Below are positions 20,465 to 30,802 of a stretch of DNA of 64,000 bases, in pieces. How positions within the stretch are numbered: the stretch's first letter is position 1; every line of letters begins with the position of its first letter. The stretch lies in sequence record NZ_CP069398.1. The stretch is one strand, 5' to 3'. Position numbers and translations under genes: made by a program. The stretch comes from a plasmid. The notes under the pieces are model-generated. The model did not search any database. It was not told the DNA's origin and saw only the letters and a list, made by a program, of their open reading frames with translations.

Positions 20465-20794
20465 ATGAACTTAATGAATCAGACAGAACTGAAAGGACAC
20501 CTTTATAAACTTGAAGAGAAATTATTACAACCAAGTGTTCGAAAATCTATTGAAGAGTTAGATAATCTTTTAGCAGATGAATTTATGGAATATGGAAGTT
20601 CAGGGCAGATTTTTTATAAAGAAATAACAATGAACAGGCTTCCTTATGAGACAACTGTTAAAATGACAATGATGGATTTTGAAATGAAATTATTAGCCTC
20701 TAACGTGGCTTTAACAACGTTTAAATTACTCAAACATAATAATATGCAATACTCTTTACGTAGTTCAATATGGAAATTGAAAGAAGAGAAATAG
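20465..20794 (+). CDS. hypothetical protein (DUF4440/NTF2-like candidate)
   Basis: 109-aa ORF; weak resemblance only. Confidence 0.3.
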   Translation: MNLMNQTELKGHLYKLEEKLLQPSVRKSIEELDNLLADEFMEYGSSGQIFYKEITMNRLPYETTVKMTMMDFEMKLLASNVALTTFKLLKHNNMQYSLRSSIWKLKEEK

Positions 20795-21465
20795 CAAATG
20801 ATATTTCATCAAGGAACTCCTACAACATTATCATAGAAAGACACTGCCGATAATTGGTATTATGGTGCGACAAGAAGTCGCTTTCTTACAGTGTAGCTAA
20901 CGCTACTCATCTAGACGCGAAGATGATCTCCATCCGAAACGGCATTCTTGGTAACGAGTCTGTCGGTTGCATGAGGAAATGTGGAAACAGAGGACAAATG
21001 CATGGTCCAGAATACTGCTAGGAGAAGATAGGTATGGTAAACAAAAGTGAAGGTTTGTAAGCTTCGTAAGGGTTAGCTCAAGATAATGCACAGCTTTGCT
21101 TGGGTCTTGGCAAGAGGAAAAGTAGAATCATAATGCTGCTCTGATGCGTCCCGCATCTTGCCCGGAGTAAAGAACCTACCTACCCCTATCGCATCTGTAG
21201 GAAGTGGAACTTGGTAAGCCCTATGTCATCTGCATAAGCAGTAGGATGACTGTAAAGTCAAACGATGTGGCAGAGGGTATGGGATATGAGAAAAAGCGAA
21301 AGCCGTTACCCTGAAAAGGGACAGGAAAGCAGAAACACTGTATAACTGGACGGATACTGTCGTCTCTATTGACAATGACAGGCTCGAAAGAGCGCCCACT
21401 TCTCATTGGTCTTCAACACGAAAATAAATTTGTGGCTATCTTCTAACGAAAAGGAGCGTGCTGTT

Positions 21466-22048
21466 ATGAATACCTCTCTACGAGCGTCGGCGCACGTCTC
21501 GCATAAAGATTGGTACTCTATTGATTGGAGTATTATACAAAAATATGTAGCGAAGTTACGACAAAGAATTTATCGTGCCGAACAGCAAAATCAACAAAGA
21601 AAAGTAAGGAAACTTCAACGTTTACTCCTACGGAGTAAAGCAAATCTGCTGCTTTCCATTCGCAGAGTAACACAACAAAACAACGGTAAGCGAACACCTG
21701 GTGTAGATGGCTATACGGCTTTAAAACCAAGCGAACGTATCAAACTTTATAAACAGATAGTTAAATGTAATGTCTTCCGACATCGTCCAAAGCCAGCAAA
21801 ACGAACGTTTATCCCGAAGAAAAATGGAAAAATGAGACCTCTCGGTATCCCCACGATACGAGATCGAGTGTATCAAAACATAGTAAAAAACGCACTCGAA
21901 CCACAATGGGAGGTCAAGTTTGAACCAACTTCTTACGGTTTTCGTCCTAAACGAAGCACACACGATGCTATAAGTAATCTTTTTAATAAGCTTAACACGA
22001 ATAGTAAGAAAAAGTGGGTATTTGAGGGAGATTTTTTAGGATGCTTTG
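21466..22048 (+). CDS. group II intron reverse transcriptase/maturase, 5' segment (interrupted by nested intron)
   Basis: MNTSLRAS...GCF identical in register to copy 2 IEP up to the interruption point; RBS AAGGAG. Confidence 0.8.
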
Positions 22049-22749
22049 GTGCGTGACGTTAATCTGAAATTTCAATAGAAATATTGATTGGGATGATTTA
22101 GTAATAAACTGCAATTCTGATAGAGGGAATGAAAGCCGTCATGTTGAGCTGAAACCTCTACACTGATACTCCCATGTGCAGAAAGAAAGGCTAATTTTGG
22201 ACTGTTTAGTAGCTGGGTAAAGTCGATGAAATCTAATGGAATTCAACATTAGGTCAGAGTAATCGGGTGGTGATAGTACATGGTGAGAATGTTCTTTTAG
22301 AACCGACGAACTTCCGAATGTACAGGTCCTTAACCTAGGGATTTCCTGAGATGGATTTCTTGCCTCACACTGAGGTAGTTGGTGGAGTGAAGTAAAAATC
22401 GAAGCTATGAAACACTCTGTGTTTAACAATGAAAACAATGTGCCAACGGGCTTATAGGAAGCACCTAACTACTATCTATACTAGGAACTGTGGAACGTCA
22501 GAAACTAGAAACTGAGGTCTTCTTCGGAAGGAAAACGATTAGCCTCGAACAGGTGTATTGAAAACCTCACGGTATAAGATACTTTATTCTAGTGAAAGTG
22601 GTGCCATAGTACCAATGAAACTGCTAATCATAGTTGAGGGAGGGGCACTAGTCAATCCTATTTTATTAGTAACTCATACAATAGTTGAACTTCTATCTTC
22701 GAGTATGACAGGGAAAGCATCTCCTAGGAGGTGTCCCAATAGAAGGCTT

Positions 22750-24195
22750 ATGAACAAATACAGGTATTCAGATTACTACAATATGACGCCCATATTTGAT
22801 GAACTCTATCAGAAATCGAGTGAAAACAAGAAATTCAAAAAACTGATGGATGTAATCCAATCGGATAACAACATTAAGCTCGCTTTCAGAATGATAAAAT
22901 CAAATACTGGTTCAAAAACAGCTGGAACTGATGGACTAACCATCCAAAATATTAAAGAAAATAATATTGATGAATACGTCCAGCAAGTACGTAATAAGCT
23001 TAACAACTTCAGTCCAGATGAAGTCAGAAGGGTTCATATCCCTAAGGAAAATAGCAAAGAAAAAAGACCGTTAGGTATTCCCACGATGATAGACAGACTG
23101 ATTCAACAATCGATTAAACAAGTTCTAGAGCCTATATGTGAAGCGAAATTCCATCCACATAGTTATGGGTTCAGACCTAACAGAAGTACAAATCATGCTC
23201 TGGTAAGAATGAGTTCATTGGTTAATGTAGGTCATTTTTATCATGTTGTGGACATCGATATTAAGGGGTTCTTTGATAACGTAAGCCATAACAAATTGAT
23301 TAAACAAATGTACTCGCTAGGTATCCATGATAGAAAACTTCTATCGGTTATTAAATCAATGTTGAAAGCCCCAATCGCTGGAGAAGGTATTCCAACCAAG
23401 GGAACACCGCAAGGTGGAATCCTTAGTCCCCTTCTCTCTAACATAGTTCTTAACGAACTAGATTGGTGGATTAGCTCACAGTGGGAAACGTTCAAAACCA
23501 AATCTAACTATTCAAATGACTCAAACAGATATAGAGCTATCAACAAAACAAAATTGAAAAAGATTTTCATCATTAGATATGCAGACGACTTTAAGATTAT
23601 GTGCAAAACTCATAAACAGGCTCAGAACATATATCATGCAGTCAAAGATTGGTTGAAACAAAGACTTGGTTTAGATATAAGCCCTGACAAATCCAAAGTC
23701 ATTAACTTAAAAAGAAATCCTTCGGATTTTCTCGGATTTGAAATTAGAGCAGTTAAAAAGAGTGGAAAATATGTTGCGTACTCTCATGTTAAGTCGAAAG
23801 CTAAGGTTAGAATCAGGAAACAATTAACAGAACAAGTTAAGAAAATCCAGAAGAAACCTTCGCCTGAAAACATTAAGCGATTAAACGCAATCATATTAGG
23901 ACTCCATGTTTACTATAAGTCCGCAACTCACGTCTGGAAAGACTTTGGAGAAATTGCTTACCCTGTATATAGGATGATGTTCAACCGTCTGAAAAAGTTA
24001 TCTAAATATGAAAAGGTTAAGAAAAAGAACACTATTTTTGGGAAATTCTATGGAAAATGCGATGCAAAAACATGGACGATTAGTGGAATTTCCATATTCC
24101 CTATTCACTATGTGCATTCGCAGAACATCATGTGCATTCGCAAGACACATGTGATTATACAAACAAAGGTAGACAGAAATCTACCAAGGCACTGA
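22750..24195 (+). CDS. inner-intron reverse transcriptase/maturase (RT + X domains); start uncertain (22750 or 22783)
   Basis: RT motifs AGTDG, PLGIPTMIDRLIQQ, YGFRPNRS, IIRYADDF; truncated by frameshift before the En domain. Confidence 0.75.
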   Translation: MNKYRYSDYYNMTPIFDELYQKSSENKKFKKLMDVIQSDNNIKLAFRMIKSNTGSKTAGTDGLTIQNIKENNIDEYVQQVRNKLNNFSPDEVRRVHIPKENSKEKRPLGIPTMIDRLIQQSIKQVLEPICEAKFHPHSYGFRPNRSTNHALVRMSSLVNVGHFYHVVDIDIKGFFDNVSHNKLIKQMYSLGIHDRKLLSVIKSMLKAPIAGEGIPTKGTPQGGILSPLLSNIVLNELDWWISSQWETFKTKSNYSNDSNRYRAINKTKLKKIFIIRYADDFKIMCKTHKQAQNIYHAVKDWLKQRLGLDISPDKSKVINLKRNPSDFLGFEIRAVKKSGKYVAYSHVKSKAKVRIRKQLTEQVKKIQKKPSPENIKRLNAIILGLHVYYKSATHVWKDFGEIAYPVYRMMFNRLKKLSKYEKVKKKNTIFGKFYGKCDAKTWTISGISIFPIHYVHSQNIMCIRKTHVIIQTKVDRNLPRH

Positions 24196-24578
24196 AAAAT
24201 CAAACCGATATTAAAGTCATAGAACTTGCGAAAAACTACGTCAAAGAACGAAGCATACAATACAACGATAATCGTATAGCTCGTGCGTCGATGTGCAGTT
24301 TTAAATGTGAACTAACTGGAATGGAACTTGAAGTTAAAGATGTGCACGCACATCACAAAATACCTATTAAATTAGGTGGAACGGATGAATACGATAATTT
24401 AATAATTGTTCATAAAGATATCCATAGACTTATTCATGCAACATCTGAAACAGTAATAAACAAGCACATTAACCTTATTCATAACAAGCAAAAGCTTAAA
24501 AAGCTGAATACTTTAAGGGCATATTGTAAACTAGAAGCCATTTCAATGGCTTCAGAGGATAATAATAAAATAGCTTGA
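24132..24578 (+). pseudogene. frameshifted HNH endonuclease (En) domain of the inner-intron maturase
   Basis: HNH motif HAHHKIPIKLGGTDEYDNL...HKDIH; separated from the RT ORF by a 20-nt tandem duplication at ~24109-24148. Confidence 0.65.
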
Positions 24579-24680
24579 TGGAACGCCGTATGCAGGGAAA
24601 CTTGCACGTACGGTGTGAGGTGGGGGAAAAGTAAGTATCGTCACAGGTAATGCTGTCGAGAACACTTACCTATCACGCAT

Positions 24681-25747
24681 ACCATCTTAATCATGATTGG
24701 ATAGTAGAACAAACATCTATGTTTCCAGGAAACACTCTCATCAAAAGATGGCTTAAAATGGGTTACATAGAGCAGGATATGCTTCGTACGACAACAGAAG
24801 GAACCCCTCAAGGGGGTATTGTGTCTCCCCTTCTAGCTAATATCGCCTTATGCGGTATGGAAGAAGAAATTGGTATTGTTTATAAAAAGACATACAAACC
24901 AAACGGAGGATACGCAATCGATCCAAAATGTAAGATAGGACGTGTTCTCTATGCCGATGACTTTGTCATCGTAACGGAAACGAAGGAAAAGGCTGAAAGC
25001 ATGTATGAGAAACTAACTCCTTACTTACAAAAGCGAGGAATTACACTTAGTAAAGAGAAAACTAGAGTTACACATATTGAGAACGGGTTTGATTTTCTCG
25101 GTTTCTCGCTGCGTCAATACAAGACGGAACAAGGTAATAAGCTACTAATCAAACCTAGCAGAGACAGCATTAAAAAAGCAAAAAATAAGATAAAAGATAC
25201 GTTCGCATTAATGAGAGGACGCCCAATAAAAGAACTAATACGTGTTTTAAATCCAATTATTCGTGGTTACGGACAGTATTGGAAACATGTCGTTTCTAAA
25301 AAGACGTTTGGATATATGGATAATTACTTATTCCTTAAAATAACAAAACACCTTAAACGACTACATCCAAAGAAGGCGTGGAAATGGATTATTAAACGTT
25401 ATTTTAAGAAGCCCAACCATGGAGGGAATGATAAATGGACTCTCACATGTCCACTTACTAACATTCAATTGTTAAAGATGTCTTGGATTAAAATAGAACG
25501 GCATGTCATGGTAGCCTATAAAAACAGCCCAGATGATCTGAGTCTAAGAGAGTATTGGGAAAAACGAGACCGTAAGGTCTTTAATAATGAAAATACATTG
25601 GATAGGATGAAACTCGCAAGAAAACAAGGATATCGTTGTGCATTGTGTAAGCAGACTTTACAAAATGGAGAGAAAGTTACAGTGCGAAACTTAGAGGTTT
25701 CTACAGGTGAATTTGCTAAATTAGTACATGTACCATGTATTAAATAA
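24681..25747 (+). CDS. group II intron reverse transcriptase/maturase, 3' segment of outer-intron IEP
   Basis: Collinear with copy 2 residues DHLNH...VHVPCIK; contains YADDF RT motif 5/6 and C-terminal Cys-rich (degenerate En) region. Confidence 0.8.
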
Positions 25748-25993
25748 ACAAGTTGTTCGGATAAAAAGAAGGCTTGAGCCGTATGACGGGAAATCTGTCA
25801 CGTACGGTTCTTAGGGGGGCGGGCGCTCGTGAGAGTGCCTGCCTACCCGACTTAACTAAGGATGGATGAAGTATACATGTAGTTATGCTCATCTTTTAGG
25901 GTCTGCTACTAAGTTTCATGGAAAATAAAGTATGTACTTTGCTTTCTGATAAGTTTAAAATTATTTAGAAGATTCTTTTAAGAGGTGTAACTT

Positions 25994-26407
25994 ATGAGTA
26001 TAGAAGAAGAATTGTATAATTCAGCAATTGATTTTGTTCAAAAGCGTTACCCCAAAGGATGGGGAGGAGCAGCAGCCATGAGGCTAGAAGACGGACAAGT
26101 ATTAATTAGTGTTGCTCCTGAAGTAATTAATGCTTCAACAGAGTTATGTATGGAAACAGGTGCTATCTGTGAAGCCCATAAGCTTGGTTTAAAGGTTACT
26201 CATAGTATTTGCGTTGCCAGAGATGATGAGAATTCAAATTTTAAAGTATTAACTCCTTGTGGGGTATGCCAAGAGCGTTTGTTTTATTGGGGATCAGAGG
26301 TTAAAGCAGGTATCTATTCTGCTGAAAACAATCTATTATTCAAAACTTTAAAAGAAATTCAACCATATCACTGGTATGAAGCTTACCAAGAAGAAGCTCA
26401 TCAATAA
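25994..26407 (+). CDS. cytidine-deaminase-fold zinc deaminase (blasticidin-S/cytidine deaminase-like)
   Basis: Zn-ligand/catalytic motifs CME (cf. CAE) and PCGVCQE (cf. PCxxCRQ); 137 aa typical of tetrameric CDA/BSD. Confidence 0.55.
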   Translation: MSIEEELYNSAIDFVQKRYPKGWGGAAAMRLEDGQVLISVAPEVINASTELCMETGAICEAHKLGLKVTHSICVARDDENSNFKVLTPCGVCQERLFYWGSEVKAGIYSAENNLLFKTLKEIQPYHWYEAYQEEAHQ

Positions 26408-26561
26408 GTAAGAGAGAATACTATATTTTTAGTGTTCTCTCTTTTTGTTTCCGATAAATCTTGATTATGTTAACTAAATATGTATAAAGTATACATATTT
26501 AAAACTATAAAGGTTTTTTTTGAAATGAACAGAATTATATCATTGTAATTAGTACAAGGCG

Positions 26562-27164
26562 GTGATTAAAATGAACCTTTTTCAACAATTAGTCGATTCT
26601 ATACATAGAATTTCTAAAAAACAATCTACACTTTTATTAGGAATTGATGGCTGTGGGGGTTCTGGAAAAAGTACATTAGCTGAAAAGTTAAAAGAAGAGT
26701 TTGCTAATGTGACCATTGTTCATATGGATGATTTTTATCTTCCTTCTAACCAAATTATAAATACTCATCCAACCAAAAAGCCTATTGGTGCAGACTTTGA
26801 TTGGGAACGTTTATTAAATGATGTGCTAAAGCCAATTAGTCAAGAAATAGAAGGACGATATCAGCGATATGATTGGGAAAAGGATGATTTAGCAGAATGG
26901 CATGTAGTGCCTATCGGCGGAATTGTCATCATTGAAGGCGTATATTCAACTCGTAGAGAATTAAAAAATAAATATGATTTTACTGTTTGGGTTGATTGTT
27001 CGAGGGAAATAAGGCTAGCTAGGGGAATTCAAAGAGATGGAGATGCTTCTAGGGACATATGGGAAAATAATTGGATGATTTCTGAAGATATCTATGTAAA
27101 AGAACATGAACCCAATAAAAGATCAGACTTTATTATACCTGGAACTGGAAAGGATAGAGGATAA
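26562..27164 (+). CDS. P-loop nucleoside/nucleotide kinase-like protein (uridine kinase family-like)
   Basis: Walker A LLGIDGCGGSGKSTLAEKL at N-terminus; 200 aa. Confidence 0.5.
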   Translation: MIKMNLFQQLVDSIHRISKKQSTLLLGIDGCGGSGKSTLAEKLKEEFANVTIVHMDDFYLPSNQIINTHPTKKPIGADFDWERLLNDVLKPISQEIEGRYQRYDWEKDDLAEWHVVPIGGIVIIEGVYSTRRELKNKYDFTVWVDCSREIRLARGIQRDGDASRDIWENNWMISEDIYVKEHEPNKRSDFIIPGTGKDRG

Positions 27165-27318
27165 CTTGATAGTTATCCTCTTGTTTACTGTTTGAGTGCC
27201 GATAAGGCACATTATGTTGACTAGCATACATTATGTTTCAACTGTTAAATAAAAGATTAATTTCTATATATTGTGTTATAATTCTAAGCATGTATTAAAG
27301 TTATAGAGGAGTTTTCAA

Positions 27319-27873
27319 TTGAAACGTAAAGAGATTTTTTCATGGGTTAAATCAATTATTATTGCTTGTATTTTAGCTTTTGTTGTAAGAGAGTACATAC
27401 TTGCCCCTATAGTAGTGGACGGTGAGTCAATGATGCCAACTCTAAAAAACGATGAACATATTATTCTTAATGAAGTGGGTAAAAATAAGGCAAGTAATAT
27501 AAAGAGATTTGATATTATTGTTTTCCATGCTACAAAGGAAAAAGATTATATTAAAAGGGTAATTGGTTTACCTGGTGATCATATAGAATATCGTAATGAT
27601 ACGCTATATGTAAACGGGAAAAAATATGAGGAACCTTATTTAAATCAATACAAAAAGGAAATAGTAAAAGGTCTATTAACTCAGGATTTTAAACTCGAAG
27701 AGTCTACAGGCAGTAAAACAGTTCCAGAAGGCCAATTGTTTGTCATGGGAGATAATAGAAAGTATAGCTTAGATAGTAGGTCCCCTAAGGTAGGGACAAT
27801 TTCAGTAGATAAAATTGTAGGGAAAGCTAAATTAGCTTATTGGCCTCTGAAAGAAGTTCAATGGATAAAGTAA
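27319..27873 (+). CDS. type I signal peptidase (SipS/SipP-like)
   Basis: Boxes: ESMMPTL (Ser), KRVIGLPGD (Lys), GDNRKYSLDSR; N-terminal TM anchor. Confidence 0.85.
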   Translation: MKRKEIFSWVKSIIIACILAFVVREYILAPIVVDGESMMPTLKNDEHIILNEVGKNKASNIKRFDIIVFHATKEKDYIKRVIGLPGDHIEYRNDTLYVNGKKYEEPYLNQYKKEIVKGLLTQDFKLEESTGSKTVPEGQLFVMGDNRKYSLDSRSPKVGTISVDKIVGKAKLAYWPLKEVQWIK

Positions 27874-27881
27874 AGTCTTTA

Positions 27882-27913
27882 AAAGTTCCCTGATAAGTGG
27901 GAACTTTTTTATT
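27882..27913 (+). terminator. rho-independent terminator after signal peptidase gene
   Basis: AAAGTTCCCTGATAAGTGGGAACTTTTTTATTT. Confidence 0.7.
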
Positions 27914-27935
27914 TGTTCCGGTAATTGGTTTTATG

Positions 27936-30290
27936 GTGCGACAAGAAGTCGCTTTCTTACAGTGTAGCTAACGCTACTCATCTAGACGCAGAGATGATCT
28001 CCATCCGAAACGGCATTCTTGGTAACGAGTCTGTCGGTTGCATAAGGAAATGTGGAAACAGAGGACAAATGCATGGTCCGGAATACTGCTAGGAGAAGAT
28101 AGGTATGGTAAACGAAAGTGAAGGTTTATAAGCTTCGTCACAGTTAGCTCAAGATAATGCATATTCTTGCTTGGGTCTTGGTAAGAGGAAAAGTAGAATC
28201 ATAAAGCTACTCTAATGCGTCCCGCATCTTGCCCGGAGTAAAGAACCTGCCTACCCCCGTCGAATCTGGAGGAAGTGGAACTTGGTAAGCCCTACGTCAT
28301 CTGCATAAGCAGTAGGATGACTGCAAAGTCAAACAATGTGACAGAGGGTATGGGATATGAGAAAAAGCAAAAGCCGTTACCCTGAAAAGGAACAGGAAGG
28401 CAGAATCACTGTATAACTGGACGGATACTGTCGGCTCTACAGACAATGACAGGCTCGAAAGAGCGCCTACTTCTCATAGGTCTTCAACACGAAAATAAAT
28501 TTGTGGCTATCTTCTAACGAAAAGGAGCGTGCTGTTATGAATACCTCTCTACGAGCGTCGGCGCACGTCTCGCATAAAGATTGGTACTCTATTGATTGGA
28601 GTATTATACAAAGGTATGTAGCGAAGTTACGACAAAGAATTTATCGTGCCGAACAACAAAATCAACAAAGAAGAGTAAGGAAACTTCAACGTTTACTCCT
28701 TCGGAGTAAAGCAAATCTACTGCTTTCTATTCGCAGAGTAACACAACAAAATAACGGTAAGCGAACACCTGGTGTAGATGGCTATACGGCCTCAAAACCA
28801 AATGAACGTATCAAACTTTATCAACAACTAGTTCAATGCAATGTCTTTCGACATCGTCCAAAACCAGCAAAAAGAACATTTATTCCGAAGAAAAACGGAA
28901 AGCTACGACCTTTGGGCATTCCTACGATACGAGATCGAGTCTATCAAAACGTAGTAAAAAACGCACTCGAACCCCAATGGGAGTTTAAGTTTGAGCCCAC
29001 ATCCTATGGTTTTCGTCCTAAACGAAGTACACACGATGCTATAAGTAATCTTTTTAATAAGCTTAACACCAATAGTAAGAAAAAGTGGGTGTTTGAGGGA
29101 GATTTCTCAGGATGTTTCGATCATCTTAACCATAATTGGATAATGGAACAAACATCTATGTTTCCGGGGAGCACTCTCATTAAAAGGTGGCTTAATATGG
29201 GATACATAGAGCAGGATATGCTTCATATGACAATAGAAGGAACCCCCCAAGGGGGGATTGTGTCTCCCCTTCTAGCTAATATCGCCTTATGTGGTATGGA
29301 AGAAGAGATTGGTATTGTTTATAAAAAGACTTACAAACCAAACGGAGGATACGCAATTGATCCAAAATGTAAGATAGGGCGTGTTCTATACGCAGATGAT
29401 TTCGTCATCGTAACGGAAACGAAGGAAAAAGCTGAAAGTATGTATGGGAAACTCACCCCTTACTTACGAAAACGAGGAATTACACTTAGCATGGATAAAA
29501 CTAAAGTTACACATATCGAGGGCGGGTTTGATTTTCTTGGCTTCTCGCTGCGTCAATACAATACGGGACAAGGAAAGAAGTTATTTATCAAACCTAGCAG
29601 AGACAGCATTAAAAAGGCTAAAAACAAGATAAAAGATACGTTCTCTGTGATGAGAGGACGACCAGTAAAAGAACTAATACGTGTTTTAAACCCGATTATT
29701 CGTGGCTACGGCCAGTATTGGAAACATGTCGTATCCAAAAAGACTTACAGCTATATGGACAATTATATTTTCCTAAAAGTGAGAAAACACCTTAAACAAT
29801 TGCATCCAAAGAAGTCGAGAAAATGGATTAGCAATCGTTATTTTAAGAAGCCCCACCACGGTGGAAATAATAAATGGATTCTCACGTGTCCACTTACTAA
29901 CATTCAACTGTTAAAGATGTCCTGGATTAAGATAGAACGGCATGTCATGGTAGCCTATAAAAACAGCCCAGATGATCCGAGTCTAAGAGAGTATTGGGAA
30001 AAACGAGACCGTAAGGTCTTTAATAGTGAAAATACATTGGATAGGATGAAACTCGCAAGAAAACAAGGATATCGTTGTGCATTGTGTAAGCAGACTCTAC
30101 AAAATGGAGAGACAGTTACAGTGCGAAAACTAAAGGTTTCTAGAGGTGAATTTGCTAAATTAGTACATGTACCATGTATTAAATAAATAAGTTGTTCGGA
30201 TAAAAAGAAGGCTTGAGCCGTATGACAGGAAATCTGTCACGTACGGTTCTTAGGGGGGCGGGCGCTCGTGAGAGTACCTGCCTACCCGAC
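27936..30290 (+). mobile_element. group II intron copy 2 (intact, uninterrupted)
   Basis: 5' GTGCG at 27936; domain V GAGCCGTATGACAGGAAATCTGTCACGTACGGTTC; ends ...CCCGAC at 30290; contains intact 549-aa IEP. Confidence 0.85.
28537..30186 (+). CDS. group II intron reverse transcriptase/maturase (intact)
   Basis: RT motifs PGVDG, PLGIPTIRDRVYQ, YGFRPKRS, YADDFVIV; X domain; C-terminal Cys-rich region; the ORF track gives 28501 (TTG-type upstream start), ATG with RBS at 28537. Confidence 0.85.
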   Translation: MNTSLRASAHVSHKDWYSIDWSIIQRYVAKLRQRIYRAEQQNQQRRVRKLQRLLLRSKANLLLSIRRVTQQNNGKRTPGVDGYTASKPNERIKLYQQLVQCNVFRHRPKPAKRTFIPKKNGKLRPLGIPTIRDRVYQNVVKNALEPQWEFKFEPTSYGFRPKRSTHDAISNLFNKLNTNSKKKWVFEGDFSGCFDHLNHNWIMEQTSMFPGSTLIKRWLNMGYIEQDMLHMTIEGTPQGGIVSPLLANIALCGMEEEIGIVYKKTYKPNGGYAIDPKCKIGRVLYADDFVIVTETKEKAESMYGKLTPYLRKRGITLSMDKTKVTHIEGGFDFLGFSLRQYNTGQGKKLFIKPSRDSIKKAKNKIKDTFSVMRGRPVKELIRVLNPIIRGYGQYWKHVVSKKTYSYMDNYIFLKVRKHLKQLHPKKSRKWISNRYFKKPHHGGNNKWILTCPLTNIQLLKMSWIKIERHVMVAYKNSPDDPSLREYWEKRDRKVFNSENTLDRMKLARKQGYRCALCKQTLQNGETVTVRKLKVSRGEFAKLVHVPCIK

Positions 30291-30380
30291 TAAACTGGAA
30301 TTGAATATCATATTAACAATGTTTTCCATCCTTATATTTGATAAAATGGAACAAATAAGGTGGTTATATTTAGGGGGATG

Positions 30381-30776
30381 AGGATGAAAAAGATATTTTT
30401 TATTGCTGCCATATTGTTTCTAATGTGTGGCTGCCAAAGTAAAGATAAGGAGACTTTAGTTTTTACAGGCAAAAGCGATAATTGGACAATAAAAGAGACT
30501 ATAAAGCCAATATCAGATAAAGATAAAGGCGAACCAAAGACTATTAAGTTGACTTATACAGGCAAAGATAAGAAATCGGTTGGAGAGTTCAGTTTTAAAT
30601 TAGAAGCACCAAACGGCCAATGGGGTGTTTCCATTATAGAGCTAGATAAAGAAGGGAAATTTGAAGAAAAAACAAATGCAATAGTCAACAGAGAAACATT
30701 GAAATCAGATAAACCTATAATAATTTTAAAATGGAATCATCAAAAAGAAGAGATTACATTAAAAAATAAAAACTAG
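30381..30776 (+). CDS. lipoprotein
   Basis: Lipobox LFLMCGC after N-terminal hydrophobic segment (MKKIFFIAAILF). Confidence 0.6.
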   Translation, partial: RMKKIFFIAAILFLMCGCQSKDKETLVFTGKSDNWTIKETIKPISDKDKGEPKTIKLTYTGKDKKSVGEFSFKLEAPNGQWGVSIIELDKEGKFEEKTNAIVNRETLKSDKPIIILKWNHQKEEITLKNKN

Positions 30777-30802
30777 CCATAAAGCTTATGGATGGTTTTT
30801 AT

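Larger units (their letters stand above)
22049..24680 (+). mobile_element. nested group II intron (inner intron of twintron) inserted in the outer intron maturase ORF
   Basis: Starts GTGCG right after the GCF codons; ends ...CGCAT (AY) at 24680; own domain V GCCGTATGCAGGGAAACTTGCACGTACGGT; removal restores the copy-2 reading frame exactly (GAC codon re-formed). Confidence 0.75.
20865..25851 (+). mobile_element. group II intron copy 1 (outer intron of a twintron)
   Basis: 5' GTGCG at 20865; domain V GAGCCGTATGACGGGAAATCTGTCACGTACGGTTC near 25781-25815; domain VI and 3' end ...CCCGAC at 25851; ~90-95% identical to copy at 27936..30290. Confidence 0.8.

Noticed and set aside
20903-21091. 62-aa minus-strand ORFs (also 21221-21406 and 27974-28162)
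   Set aside because: Located in domain I RNA of the group II introns and duplicated with them; no coding signal
21406-22056. Apparent truncated reverse transcriptase ending ...GCFGA*
   Set aside because: Not a pseudogene by truncation: the ORF is interrupted by the nested intron and resumes in frame at 24681; the GA* tail is intron sequence
24650-24680. ORF-track start MLSRTLTYHAYHLNH for the 3' maturase segment
   Set aside because: The first 31 nt are the 3' end (domain VI) of the inner intron; the true exon resumes at 24681
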